From an uncultured Rhodobacteraceae bacterium (GTDB taxonomy: Bacteria > Pseudomonadota > Alphaproteobacteria > Rhodobacterales > Rhodobacteraceae): a DNA stretch of 64,000 nucleotides. The notes below the pieces were generated by a model. That model saw only the letters and a list, made by a program, of their open reading frames with translations. It was not told the origin of the DNA and ran no database searches. The translations under genes were made by a program, and so were the position numbers. Positions 20,863 through 31,398 of the stretch are shown here, in pieces. Location of the stretch: assembly GCA_947311485.1 (NCBI GenBank), contig CAMZLM010000019.1, positions 1,303 through 65,302 on the forward strand. Reading direction: 5' to 3'. The number at the start of each line of letters is the position of its first letter. The stretch's first letter is position 1.

Positions 20863-22467
20863 TCACGTCCTTCCTGCCAGTGCATAGTCAAACGAATGGT
20901 TTCCAAAAATAGCACGGTTGAGAACCATTGCCTCATGCCGTTGCAAACTTGCCATACAAGCAGGGCCGTAACCCTCACCGATATTGTCGGCAAGCTGTGG
21001 AAATAGATCTAACACTTCTTCACGGGCCGCAATATCCATCGAATTCAGCACGTATTCACCCGGATAAAAACTCTCACTCCACAGGTTATTTGCCAGAACG
21101 ACTTGGTGTTCATCAAAAAGAATGTGGTAATAAGTAACCGATTCATTGCTTGTATCCAGTCGGACATTTCTTCCGTTAACAAGATCTTTCGCACAAACCA
21201 AAACCTCACGGGTCTCAAACAGCAATTCAGTAGACTTGTTAGAAACCACAATCCTATGCTGTGGGGACACCTCAAGGCGATCATGTTTCCCGAAAGATCC
21301 CGCATCAATAATCACTGGCGCATGGGCACCCTTGCGACGAGTCGTTCTTGAACCCACCCAACGCAACGTTTTAAACCCTTGTTTAGTCTTAATTTGATCA
21401 CCAACTTCCAAATCTTCAATCAGCACGGAACCAGTTCTTGTTTCAATTTTGGTTCCGGCAACAAAACAGGGAACAGTGGTTTCCAAAGTAACAAATGCAA
21501 CGTCTGTATTGCCACTCGCATCCTCGATCGAATAGGAAAAGCTGTTGGTGCCAATGTCTCCATCTGCAGTTGCACTCAATGTACCATCGGCATTTAAGGT
21601 AATCACTTCGCCTGTAGACAAGGTGACAGAATCCCCAACACTAACCGCAATTCCATTGATATGCGTTACAAACATCCCAACGCCGTTGTCATTTGCCAGC
21701 ACATCGATATTTGTTGTGTGGTTGGCATAAACAGAGGCCGCATCGTCGTCTGCGATCAGAACAGATTGAATGCTGTCACCAACAATCAGCAGATTGCTAT
21801 CCCATTCAGCATCACCCGCATCCGCAATTCCAATTCTAATTGTATTGTTTTGGCCAACATTGACCGGGGCCTTGACCGTCAGTGTAACGGTAAAGCCATC
21901 CATCTCTGTGTTATACGCGCTATTGGCATTATCAATATACAGGTTTGCATTCGATGTCGTGTTGATATTATCAATTGAAACATTGCCATCACCAATGGTT
22001 AATTCGGCTTGGACACCATTCACCCAAATGCCAACCGCATCATTATAGCCCGCATTCACATACTCTAGATACTCTTCAGAAGAGAACGTAAATTGCATTG
22101 TCAGGGTATCACCAACAGGGACAAAGGTTGCCTCGAAGATAGCAGCATCATAGGTGGCAAGACCTGCAATTGCACTCAACTGTGCATCGCCGTCCACACC
22201 AGAGGTATCGGTCGTTGTATCGCTGTTTTGGTTTGCCGTTCCTGAACTATTGGTGAAATCCTGCGCATTGCCGGTTGATAAAATAACCCCGGTATCCGAA
22301 GGCGTGGTTGCATCGGAGACTGAATCGCCATTGCTGTATATCCCCGAAGAATTATTATCCCCAGTGTAGGTTGCATTGATAATTGTCATTCCATCGCCAA
22401 ACATTGCATTGGCCATATCCATCGCCGATGCAGTGATATCGATAGGTAATTCTGTTGCGGCTACCAT
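20863..22467 (-). CDS. Hint-domain (bacterial intein-like) protein with N-terminal choice-of-anchor-L-like and Ig/cadherin-like domains
   Basis: VP|CFVAGT (Cys1), SPQHR (block B His), YYHILFDEHQVVLANNLWSES; N-terminal GVILSTG and FSSEEY..YND; DVLANDNG repeat. Confidence 0.85.
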   Translation of the reverse strand: MVAATELPIDITASAMDMANAMFGDGMTIINATYTGDNNSSGIYSNGDSVSDATTPSDTGVILSTGNAQDFTNSSGTANQNSDTTTDTSGVDGDAQLSAIAGLATYDAAIFEATFVPVGDTLTMQFTFSSEEYLEYVNAGYNDAVGIWVNGVQAELTIGDGNVSIDNINTTSNANLYIDNANSAYNTEMDGFTVTLTVKAPVNVGQNNTIRIGIADAGDAEWDSNLLIVGDSIQSVLIADDDAASVYANHTTNIDVLANDNGVGMFVTHINGIAVSVGDSVTLSTGEVITLNADGTLSATADGDIGTNSFSYSIEDASGNTDVAFVTLETTVPCFVAGTKIETRTGSVLIEDLEVGDQIKTKQGFKTLRWVGSRTTRRKGAHAPVIIDAGSFGKHDRLEVSPQHRIVVSNKSTELLFETREVLVCAKDLVNGRNVRLDTSNESVTYYHILFDEHQVVLANNLWSESFYPGEYVLNSMDIAAREEVLDLFPQLADNIGEGYGPACMASLQRHEAMVLNRAIFGNHSFDYALAGRT

Positions 22468-22750
22468 TGTTTTACTCTCTTACTAATTAACGAATTACAG
22501 CGACGACAAAACCTGTTGTCCATTGTTTATTAACCAACAAGCTAGGCTATAATCAGTTCGAAAAACAACAAAAATAGGGCAATATCATTTTCACCCCTTA
22601 AATTGTGTACCAAAAAAGGCACACACCCATAGGGACACCATCGTAAATTAAGACATGTCATCCTTAACAGCGCCACCAGCACTGCAACAGGTTCTATTAA
22701 GCATAGTAAGGTGGTGGAGCGGGTAGCGCGTTAGCCACCCGCCACTCCTT

Positions 22751-25720
22751 TTACAGCGCCGAAACCCGCGCCAATGCCGCCTGCAGGGTTTCCATTTCCT
22801 CAGCCCCGGTTTCAAGCCGCGCGCGGTTTTCCGCGACCACCGCCTCCGGTGCTTTGGCAACGAAATTCTCGTTCTGTAACTTGCGCTCGATACCGGTCAA
22901 TTCCTTGGTCAGCTTGTCGATTGCTTTGTTCAGACGGGCCTTTTCCGCGTCCACGTCGATCACATCCGCCAATGACAGGCAGAACGAACCGCCCTCGACC
23001 GGAATTGCCACGGCATCCTTGGGGGCTTCTGTGGCGACGGACACATCGTTGATCTGCGCCACCCACTGGATCATGGACAGATTGTTTTCCAGCGCACCCT
23101 GCCCCGCCGTATCCAGATCCAGCCGGATCAGCGGGATTTTCGCGCCGGCATTCACCCGCATTTCCGCCCGCAGGGAACGGATTTTCTCGATCAGGGTAAT
23201 CACCCAGTTCATTTCCCGATCCGCATCCGCATCAATCAAATCGGCGCTATAGTCGGGCCAATCCGTATGCACCAGCATCTTGGGCCGGTCCGCAATATCC
23301 CCCCAGAGCTGTTCCGTAATGAACGGCATGATCGGGTGCAACAGGATCAGACACTGGTCAATCGCCCAGGCCATAGTCGCCTGCGTTTCCGCCTTGGCCG
23401 CCGCATCCTCCCCCTGAAACAGCGGCTTGGCCAGTTCCACATACCAATCGCAAACCTTGCCCCAGACAAAGGCGTACAGGCCCATCGCCGCATCATTGAA
23501 CCGGTATTGCTCCAGCGCCTTGTTGACCAGCGCGCCTGTGCGGGCGGTTTCGCCGACGATCCATTTGTTGACCGTCTGTTGTACCGCAGCCGGATCGAAA
23601 TCCGCGCTTGGTTTACAGTCGTTCATTTCGGCAAACCGCGCCGCATTCCACAGCTTGGTGCCAAAGTTGCGATACCCCTGCACCCGCGCGGTGGACAATT
23701 TCAATGTGCCGCCAATAGACGCCATCGACGTCATGGTAAACCGCACCGCGTCGGCCCCGAATTCATCGATCATGTCCAGCGGATCAATCACATTGCCCAG
23801 CGTTTTGGACATTTTCACGCCCTTTTCATCGCGCACGAGCTGGTGCAGGTAAACCGTGTCAAACGGAACATCGCCCACGACCTCTAACTGCATCATCATC
23901 ATCCGCGCGACCCAGAAGAACAGGATGTCCTGACCGGTGATCAGGCTGGAGGTGGGGAAGTATTTCTTGGTCTCGTCGGTCCAGTTCGGCCAGCCAAGCG
24001 TGCCGATGGGCCAGAGACCGGAAGAGAACCATGTGTCGAGGACGTCGGGGTCGCGGGACAGTGTTACACTTGTTAGACTTGGAGGATTATCCCCCCAACT
24101 TGCCCCACTCGCCATAGGCATTGGTTCTGTTCTGTTACCTTCTGATTTATCTTCAAAGGGAAGAATTCTAATTTCAATTTCCCTGCCCAAGATATCGAGA
24201 TAATATTGCTTGGCTTTAGCCAGAGCTTCATCTTCCGATGCCGCACAGAATTGCATGCCCATCAAATCAATGGTTTGGCCAGTATTGTCAATGGACGGCC
24301 CATGCCAAACCGGTATCTGGTGCCCCCACCAAAGCTGCCGCGAAATGCACCAAGGTTCGATATTGTTCATCCAGTGGAAATACACCTTTTCGCCGCTTTC
24401 CGGCATGATCTTCACCCGACCGTCCGTGACCGCATCGCGGGCGGGACCGGCCATTTTGGCAGCGTCCACATACCATTGATCGGTCAGCATCGGCTCCATC
24501 ACCACCTTGGAGCGGTCACAGAAAGGCTGCATGATCTTCTTGTCCTCGACCATGATCATCAGGCCCTCGGCATCAATATCGGCGATCACCTTTTTACGGG
24601 CGTCAAACCGGTCAAGGCCGCGATATTCATCCGGCACCAGATTGATTTGTTCGATCTCGGATTCGACAAAATCCGCCCCTTCGGAAATCGCCTTGGCACG
24701 GGTAGCGGCGGATTCGTAATCCATGCCGTCCGTCCGCATCTGCGCCCGCGTGTCCATCAGGCGATAGAGCGGAATATTGTTGCGCTTGGCCACGCCGTAA
24801 TCGTTGGCGTCATGCGCGCCGGTGATTTTTACTGCACCGGATCCGAAATCCATATCGGGGTATTCATCGGTAATAATCGGGATCAGGCGACGGTGTTCCT
24901 TTGGTCCCACCGGAATTTCACACAGCTTGCCCACAATCGGCGCATAGCGTTCATCATCAGGATGCACCGCCACCGCGCCATCGCCCAGCATGGTTTCAGG
25001 CCGCGTGGTTGCAATAGAAATATAGTCCCGCGTTTCGCGCAGGGTGACGTTGCCGTCTTCGTCCTTTTCGATGTATTCATAGGTCGCACCGCCGGCCAGC
25101 GGGTATTTGAAATGCCACATGTGGCCATCAATTTCGATGTTTTCGACCTCCAGATCGGAAATCGCGGTTTCAAAATGCGGATCCCAGTTCACCAGCCGCT
25201 TGCCCCGATAGATCAGACCTTTGTTGTAGAGGTCGACAAAAACCTTCAGCACCGCCTCGTGGAAATTATCATCCATGGTAAAGGCATTGCGATCCCAGTC
25301 ACAGGATGCGCCAAGGCGTTTCAGCTGATTGATGATGGTCGAGCCGTATTTTTCCTTCCACTCCCAAACTTTTTCGATGAATGCCTCGCGCCCCATCTCG
25401 GCGCGGGTCGGCCCGCCCTCTGCCGCCAGCATTTTTTCCACCTGCAACTGGGTGGCGATCCCCGCGTGGTCCTGCCCGGGCTGCCACAGCGTGTCATCGC
25501 CCTTCATCCGGTGCCAGCGGGTCAGGATATCTTGCAGCGTGTTGTTGAATGCATGCCCCACATGCAGCGCACCGGTCACGTTTGGCGGCGGGATCATGAT
25601 GCTGAAACTCTCGGCCCCGTCACGCGCATTCGCACCGGCCCGAAAAGCGCCCGTTTCTTCCCATTTTTGATAAAGCGCCGCCTCGGCAGCCTGTGCATCA
25701 AAGTTCTTTTCCATCGCCAT
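22751..25720 (-). CDS. valS: Valine--tRNA ligase
   Basis: [39 protein letters not shown]; C-terminal coiled coil. Confidence 0.97.
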   Translation of the reverse strand: MAMEKNFDAQAAEAALYQKWEETGAFRAGANARDGAESFSIMIPPPNVTGALHVGHAFNNTLQDILTRWHRMKGDDTLWQPGQDHAGIATQLQVEKMLAAEGGPTRAEMGREAFIEKVWEWKEKYGSTIINQLKRLGASCDWDRNAFTMDDNFHEAVLKVFVDLYNKGLIYRGKRLVNWDPHFETAISDLEVENIEIDGHMWHFKYPLAGGATYEYIEKDEDGNVTLRETRDYISIATTRPETMLGDGAVAVHPDDERYAPIVGKLCEIPVGPKEHRRLIPIITDEYPDMDFGSGAVKITGAHDANDYGVAKRNNIPLYRLMDTRAQMRTDGMDYESAATRAKAISEGADFVESEIEQINLVPDEYRGLDRFDARKKVIADIDAEGLMIMVEDKKIMQPFCDRSKVVMEPMLTDQWYVDAAKMAGPARDAVTDGRVKIMPESGEKVYFHWMNNIEPWCISRQLWWGHQIPVWHGPSIDNTGQTIDLMGMQFCAASEDEALAKAKQYYLDILGREIEIRILPFEDKSEGNRTEPMPMASGASWGDNPPSLTSVTLSRDPDVLDTWFSSGLWPIGTLGWPNWTDETKKYFPTSSLITGQDILFFWVARMMMMQLEVVGDVPFDTVYLHQLVRDEKGVKMSKTLGNVIDPLDMIDEFGADAVRFTMTSMASIGGTLKLSTARVQGYRNFGTKLWNAARFAEMNDCKPSADFDPAAVQQTVNKWIVGETARTGALVNKALEQYRFNDAAMGLYAFVWGKVCDWYVELAKPLFQGEDAAAKAETQATMAWAIDQCLILLHPIMPFITEQLWGDIADRPKMLVHTDWPDYSADLIDADADREMNWVITLIEKIRSLRAEMRVNAGAKIPLIRLDLDTAGQGALENNLSMIQWVAQINDVSVATEAPKDAVAIPVEGGSFCLSLADVIDVDAEKARLNKAIDKLTKELTGIERKLQNENFVAKAPEAVVAENRARLETGAEEMETLQAALARVSAL

Positions 25721-25844
25721 AATCAGGTATCCCGCATCAGTGTTCCGCCGCTTATTACACAAGCCCGCGCACAAGGGAAACCCCCTTGCAAACCCGCTTT
25801 GATAGCGTAACAACAGAACCGAATACAGCTTGGGAGAACCGGTT

Positions 25845-26630
25845 ATGCCAGAAGCGATTTGCCAGTCGGAATTACCGATCAAACCATGGCTGGATCCCCG
25901 TTTAAACCGGATGCCCGGGATGATGCCGCTGGATTGGTCAGACTGGATCATCCGTGACGATGCCTTTGACGCACAGATGGCCTATCGCGACCGGTTGTTG
26001 GATCAAAAGCGGGAAGCGGTTTTCGCCTGTCACGCCAGCGCCGATATCGCCGCGCGTGAATTGCTGGCGCGGGTGCTGGCGGTTTTGCGGCAGGATCCAG
26101 AATACGGTTTTGACGGGGGGCAGGTCACACGGCCTGACGGGGTTTGCGTGGACACATCTTCGAATCATCCACTGTGGGCAATCGGACGATTGGCACAAGA
26201 GGATTATTGCATTTTATTATCCGAAAACAGCCAGCAAGTCCTGCGGGGGGCGGTGTTGTGTTTTCCTGCCAGTTGGACCCTGAGCGAAAAAATCAACCGC
26301 GATATGTTTGCCATTCATCAGCCGGTTGACAGCTATGGCACGGAAATGGGCAAACGGGTTGGGCGGATGTTTAACATGATCCGCCCCGACCAACCGCTTT
26401 GGCGGGCCAATAACCTGATCTATTCCAATCCCGACCTGTTCCAGCCACGTATAGAAGGGGAAAAACGGGTGATAGAAACCGGTAAACGCTGGGTGCGGGT
26501 GGAACGCCAAACCGTCATGCGTCTGCCCGAAAGCGGGGCGCTGGTGTTTGGCATCCACACGTTTCAAGTACCACTCGAAACGTTAAAAACCGCAGAAACA
26601 GCGGCGCTTTTGGCGATCAAGACCGGCTAA
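25845..26630 (+). CDS. DUF3445-like protein (heme-dependent oxidative N-demethylase alpha-subunit family)
   Basis: [32 protein letters not shown] motifs. Confidence 0.75.
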   Translation: MPEAICQSELPIKPWLDPRLNRMPGMMPLDWSDWIIRDDAFDAQMAYRDRLLDQKREAVFACHASADIAARELLARVLAVLRQDPEYGFDGGQVTRPDGVCVDTSSNHPLWAIGRLAQEDYCILLSENSQQVLRGAVLCFPASWTLSEKINRDMFAIHQPVDSYGTEMGKRVGRMFNMIRPDQPLWRANNLIYSNPDLFQPRIEGEKRVIETGKRWVRVERQTVMRLPESGALVFGIHTFQVPLETLKTAETAALLAIKTG

Positions 26631-26664
26631 AACGTTTACCCCCCAAAGGGGCACAAACTGGCCA

Positions 26665-28098
26665 TCAGGTTTCACCGTAATCCTTGGTCCAGTTTTCCCG
26701 CTTGCGGTAGATGGTCGAGGGCGATAGATCCAGATGGCGAGCCGCGCGGGGGACAGACCCCTTGTAGCGTAGCACCGTGGCCTCGATCAATTCACGCTCC
26801 AGATCGGCCATGGTAAGGCCGGATTCAACCAGTTCGCTTACGGCCTTTTCCACGCCATAGCCCCCCGGTTGAATGTCGGCCTCGAACACCGGTATTGCAG
26901 GGCTTTTGGCGGCGGCCATATGGGTTGTCATCGCCGACAGGAATTCCGGGGCCAGCATCGACAATTCAATCGTGTTTCCCTCGTTCAGCACCACAGCGTT
27001 ACGCACAACATTCAGCAGATGCCGAACATTTCCGGGCCAGGGATGAGCGGCAAACACCCGCTTTACATCCCGACTTAAGGCGTTGAATTCACGGCCTTCT
27101 TCTTGTGAAAACTGCCGCATGGAATCTTCGGCCAGCTCAATAACATCCTGCCCCCGTTCCCGCAGGGGCGGCAGATGGATCGGCACCACATGCAGCCGGT
27201 AAAACAAATCCTCGCGAAAACGTCCGGCAGCGACTTCCTTTACCGGATCCCGATTGGTGGCGCAGATAATGCGCACATCCACCTTGCGCGGGGTGACCGC
27301 CCCCACGGGCTGGATGGTGGAAGTCTGCAAAAACCGCAACAGTTTGGTTTGCAATGCCATATCCATTTCACAGATTTCATCCAGAAACAGCGTGCCACCA
27401 TCCGCTGCAGCCGCCGCCCCGACCTTGTCATAGATCGCGCCGGTAAAGGAACCTTTGAGGTGACCGAACACCTCTGACTCGAGCAAATCCCCCGGAATCG
27501 CGCCACAGTTCAACGCAATAAAAGGTCCCGTTGCCCGGTTTGACACCTGATGGATAGCATCCGCACAGAGCTCTTTGCCGGTGCCGCTCTCTCCGGTAAT
27601 AAAAACCGTGGCCGTGGAACGCCCGATGCTGCAAATCTTTTTGTAAACCGATTGCATCACCGCAGAAGAACCGATGAATTTCTGAAACCGGCCCTCTTCG
27701 ATCCCGCGTGGTGCCGGTTGCGCCCCGATTTTAGCCAAATCGGTGAGCGCGTTGCTAACAGAAGACAACAACCGTTGTTCGTCGAACGGTTTCACCAGAA
27801 AATCAAACGCGCCCGCCCGCATCGCAGAGACGGCCCGATTGATCGACCCGTTTGCGGTGATAACGATGACTTTGACCTCCGGTGCTTCCTTCAGGAAATC
27901 GGCCATCAGCTCCAGCCCGTCCCGATCCGGCAACAGCAAATCCAGCAGCACAACCGGATGTTGCTGGCCGGCAAAAATACGCGCGCCCTCGGCGGCGGTA
28001 TTTGCACAATCCACCTCATAACCCGACTTGGTCAGAATTGCTTCGTACACCATCTGCAAGGATGGTGTATCTTCGATCAAGAGTATCGGATCGGACAT
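26665..28098 (-). CDS. Sigma54-dependent response regulator, LuxO-like (REC-AAA+-HTH)
   Basis: LLDLLLPD (phospho-Asp), GESGTGKE, GSFTGA, FLDEICEM, RFREDLFYRL, WPGNVR, SPSTIYRK. Confidence 0.92.
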   Translation of the reverse strand: MSDPILLIEDTPSLQMVYEAILTKSGYEVDCANTAAEGARIFAGQQHPVVLLDLLLPDRDGLELMADFLKEAPEVKVIVITANGSINRAVSAMRAGAFDFLVKPFDEQRLLSSVSNALTDLAKIGAQPAPRGIEEGRFQKFIGSSAVMQSVYKKICSIGRSTATVFITGESGTGKELCADAIHQVSNRATGPFIALNCGAIPGDLLESEVFGHLKGSFTGAIYDKVGAAAAADGGTLFLDEICEMDMALQTKLLRFLQTSTIQPVGAVTPRKVDVRIICATNRDPVKEVAAGRFREDLFYRLHVVPIHLPPLRERGQDVIELAEDSMRQFSQEEGREFNALSRDVKRVFAAHPWPGNVRHLLNVVRNAVVLNEGNTIELSMLAPEFLSAMTTHMAAAKSPAIPVFEADIQPGGYGVEKAVSELVESGLTMADLERELIEATVLRYKGSVPRAARHLDLSPSTIYRKRENWTKDYGET

Positions 28099-29577
28099 TT
28101 AGCCCCCATTAATTTCATTGCGAACAGTTTCCAAATACTCAATCAACTCTCTTAATAGGGGCAAAATAGACCACTCGCTGGACGTTAAGTCAACAGATTC
28201 AGCACACTGCATGGCTGTATTAAGCGACTGGGCCGCCTTAAGCAATTCCAATGCGCCCACTGCCCCCGCCAAAGAGATCAAAATATGACTCGTATTACGC
28301 AATTGTGACGGATCCTTGTCTGCAAATGCCTTCTCGATAGTCGTTTGCGCCCCCGACAAATCAATCAGCAATTTGTCCACCAATCCCCCGAATGCAGCCG
28401 GTCCCATGGTGCGCTCAAGATTGGTATAAATTTCAGAATCCACCGGGCAATTCGTCTTGTCAGCCGGGCCGTCGAAACCACAAAATCCGTTGATCGCCGT
28501 CCCCAATGCCTGAATATCCGTGAGCGGTTTGGCAATCACACCGTTGGCCCCAGCCGCCATGATCCGGCTTTGATGATCCGATAGAAAATACGCCGTCAAC
28601 GCCACCAGCGGCATCCTTGCAAAAGGCAAATTCGAGGCACGGATTTCACGGATCAGATCCACACCGGATTTTCGCGGCATTTCAATGTCCACCAAAGCCA
28701 GATCAAAGGCTTGCTCACACAGAATATCCCACGCTTCTTGCCCATCCTGCGCCAGCGTGACCTCTGCCCCTAAAATTTCCAGCATATGGCCGGCCACCAG
28801 CTGATTGGTTTTATTATCTTCGGCCAGCAAAACCTTCTTACCCTGCAATTGCGGGGTCACGAATTCAGGTTGCTCCAAGGCATCTAATGGCACATCGGTA
28901 TTACGGGTTGGCAACATCACGGTGACGCACCCCCCCGCATTCAGGGCCGGCACCCATACTTCGCCTTGTAGCTGTTTGGTTATTTTGTAGACAATATACA
29001 AACCAAGCCCGGACCCCGGTACAATCGAAGATTCAGGACGCCCCTCAAAGGAAAACAGTTTTTCACGAGCCGCCGCACTAAACCCAGGCCCTTGGTCGCT
29101 AATTCTCAGCTGAAGAAACCCGGAAGCCTCCTGTACATCCAGGGTGACTTCTCCTCCTTTCGGGGAAAATTTAACGGCATTATCCAGTAAATTGGACAAA
29201 ATGCGTTCCAGATCAAGCGGCGTGCAATCAAGACAACATTGTTCCGACACCATGGAATTGACCCGTAATTCCACCCCCACATCCGCAGCCCGCCCTTGCC
29301 AACGTTGGTCAATCTCTTGCAAAAGCGGGGCCACAAAAAGCGGCCCTGCCCCATGGATACCCTGTGGGGGAGATTTTCTTTTCACCACATTCAGCAACCG
29401 TAAGACCATGTTTGCCGCAGCGGCAATCCGCGCCAGTTGAATTTTATTCACCTCGCTCAGGGTTTCATGTTCCATCAACTGAACCCCGCCCACGATATCG
29501 GACACCGCCGAGCGCAGATCATGGCTAAGCATCCTATTCTGCTCCGCTTGCAAAGCAGCATCCGTTTGTTTTTCCAT
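28099..29577 (-). CDS. Cytoplasmic hybrid histidine kinase (HisKA-HATPase-REC-Hpt) with no sensor domain
   Basis: LSHDLRS, NLLDNAVKF, DQGPG, GSGLGL; REC ED..D(IEMP)..T..KP; C-terminal SHILISLAGAVGA Hpt-like helix. GAGG RBS before ATG 29577. Confidence 0.88.
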   Translation of the reverse strand: MEKQTDAALQAEQNRMLSHDLRSAVSDIVGGVQLMEHETLSEVNKIQLARIAAAANMVLRLLNVVKRKSPPQGIHGAGPLFVAPLLQEIDQRWQGRAADVGVELRVNSMVSEQCCLDCTPLDLERILSNLLDNAVKFSPKGGEVTLDVQEASGFLQLRISDQGPGFSAAAREKLFSFEGRPESSIVPGSGLGLYIVYKITKQLQGEVWVPALNAGGCVTVMLPTRNTDVPLDALEQPEFVTPQLQGKKVLLAEDNKTNQLVAGHMLEILGAEVTLAQDGQEAWDILCEQAFDLALVDIEMPRKSGVDLIREIRASNLPFARMPLVALTAYFLSDHQSRIMAAGANGVIAKPLTDIQALGTAINGFCGFDGPADKTNCPVDSEIYTNLERTMGPAAFGGLVDKLLIDLSGAQTTIEKAFADKDPSQLRNTSHILISLAGAVGALELLKAAQSLNTAMQCAESVDLTSSEWSILPLLRELIEYLETVRNEINGG

Positions 29578-29742
29578 ATGGCCTCTTTTTATTTCCCTAC
29601 AGTCCATACGCACACGCAATCGCGCCCACCGATAACCGTCTCCACATCAGCCCAATATGTGTATGCGCAACAGGATACTCATCTTTATTCAGGACTTAAA
29701 GCACTTACTTTACTCTCACGACCTTGCCTCCGCACTCACACC

Positions 29743-29758
29743 CGCAAAACGGGTGCCA
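29743..29758 (-). promoter_or_regulatory. Sigma54 (-24/-12) promoter upstream of the hybrid kinase/LuxO-like genes
   Basis: Minus strand TGGCAC-CCGTT-TTGC immediately after the stop codon of the 29761-31398 gene. Confidence 0.75.
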
Positions 29759-29760
29759 TC

Positions 29761-31398
29761 CTAGAGAAAAGGTGCCACCTTTAGCGCAGTAATATCAATC
29801 GGCAGACTAATTTGTCCCTCATATCGGGATTTGTCCGAAGGGGCCCCAAGTGCCACAAAATTTGCCTCCGGATACAGCGCGACAAGCCGCTCATAGGTTT
29901 GATGTTCAAATGTCCCCCCGGCCTCAATAATCACCGTATGCACCGGATCTGTATCATCGGGTTGAAACATTCGCACCGGAAACGAGGCCATCGCATTTTG
30001 GCAAATTGCCGCGAGCGCCTGCGAGCGGGTCTCAAGACGCACAGTAATCGTATCGGTTTCCAGAGCCACCAGCGGCACATTAACGTGGACAGCTGCCTGA
30101 CCTTGCCCGGTTGTGACACTTTGATGGCTCAGAGAGCCGTTCATACGGTTGATGAACCCACAAGCGATTTCAGTTCCCAGCTCGCTTTTGGCAAAACGAT
30201 CATCGCTGCCCTGTTGATTTACATTGATAAAATGGGGCAACCAGCCATCACCCAGATCCGTTTGATCATAATAAAGGCTAACTCCCAATTTCCCGTCGTG
30301 ATAACCAATGAACACCCGCACATCCCGGCGGCTCATAATCGCCAAATAACGCGCCATATGCACCAGTGTTTGGCGCAACCGCAACAAATCCCCCCGCATC
30401 CGGAGCGGACATTCAGGCGCGCATTCCACCTGAAAATTCACACTTTCCGCTTGCCCAACCGACCTCAGCGCTTTGTCAATCTGCGCACAGAGGACCCTGA
30501 TCAGGAAGGGTTTATTCAGCAAATCCACATTCGCGGTTTCCAGATCGGCAAACTCCACAATATCCAACAACATTTCGTTAAGCTGTTGGCTCGATTTCTC
30601 AGCAATGCTCAGCATTTCCGCCTGTTGCGGGCTCCCGCCCTGTTGTCTGGCCAGCGCAATCATTCCCGAAATACCGTTCATTGGCGTGCGCAGCTCATGG
30701 CTCATCATATTTAGAAATGCCGATTTGGTACGGTTAGCCTGCTGCGCCTGCCGGAACAACGCGGCATTTTTCTGGCTCATTTTCCGGTGTAAACGGGTTT
30801 CATAAGCAAAATACATCAACAACAAGAATGAAAATACCGCCGCTCCGTTTCCCAGTCGAAACAATAATGCCTGATTGGCAACCAACCCTCGCCGCAACTC
30901 AGCACCGGCCTCGACCTCGCCATGCATAACAATCCGGTTAAACCTGCGAAACTGATCCTCATAAGCCTTGAAATCCCGCCATAATGCCAACGCCGCCGCG
31001 CGATCCCCGTCTTGGAGTGCCTCGATCGTTGGCTCTGCCTGTTTCAAACTTTCAAAAATGCGTTCGACATAACCCTCCGCCCCGTTAAACCCTTCGATTC
31101 TCTGCGCAGTTTTTGTGTGCTGGAACAAAGCGACCCTGCTCCACAAAATATTAAACCGGCGATTGACCTCACCACGATCAACCCCGACCTGCCCGCCCGC
31201 CATACCGAGTAACGTTTCCAAAAACCGCTGATATTCAATATTCAACTGCGATGATGACCACAAAAGGTTTTCTTGCCAATTGATACGAATACTTTCAATA
31301 TTATTGCGAACCGCGCCAAAGGTGAAAAACGCAGTAACAATGGTCACAAGAACCGTAGAAAACCCTAAAAATCTAAGTGCCCCCCCCCAGTTTTTCAC
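29761..31398 (-). CDS. Membrane sensor with DcpA-like periplasmic domain, intact HisKA and degenerate HATPase (probable pseudokinase)
   Basis: Two TM segments, W47-X7-E55, RFNILWSR; SHELRTP present; N, G1 and G2 boxes eroded. Confidence 0.8.
   Translation of the reverse strand: MKNWGGALRFLGFSTVLVTIVTAFFTFGAVRNNIESIRINWQENLLWSSSQLNIEYQRFLETLLGMAGGQVGVDRGEVNRRFNILWSRVALFQHTKTAQRIEGFNGAEGYVERIFESLKQAEPTIEALQDGDRAAALALWRDFKAYEDQFRRFNRIVMHGEVEAGAELRRGLVANQALLFRLGNGAAVFSFLLLMYFAYETRLHRKMSQKNAALFRQAQQANRTKSAFLNMMSHELRTPMNGISGMIALARQQGGSPQQAEMLSIAEKSSQQLNEMLLDIVEFADLETANVDLLNKPFLIRVLCAQIDKALRSVGQAESVNFQVECAPECPLRMRGDLLRLRQTLVHMARYLAIMSRRDVRVFIGYHDGKLGVSLYYDQTDLGDGWLPHFINVNQQGSDDRFAKSELGTEIACGFINRMNGSLSHQSVTTGQGQAAVHVNVPLVALETDTITVRLETRSQALAAICQNAMASFPVRMFQPDDTDPVHTVIIEAGGTFEHQTYERLVALYPEANFVALGAPSDKSRYEGQISLPIDITALKVAPFL

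Noticed and set aside
23805-23825. KMSKT instead of KMSKS in ValRS
   Set aside because: Conservative variant of the class I motif; no reason to infer altered function.
24206-25810. 534-aa plus-strand ORF
   Set aside because: Antisense shadow of valS.
27440-27465. GSFTGA instead of GAFTGA as a sign of a non-functional activator
   Set aside because: The key Phe-Thr is retained and this variant occurs naturally; it does not by itself imply loss of sigma54 contact.
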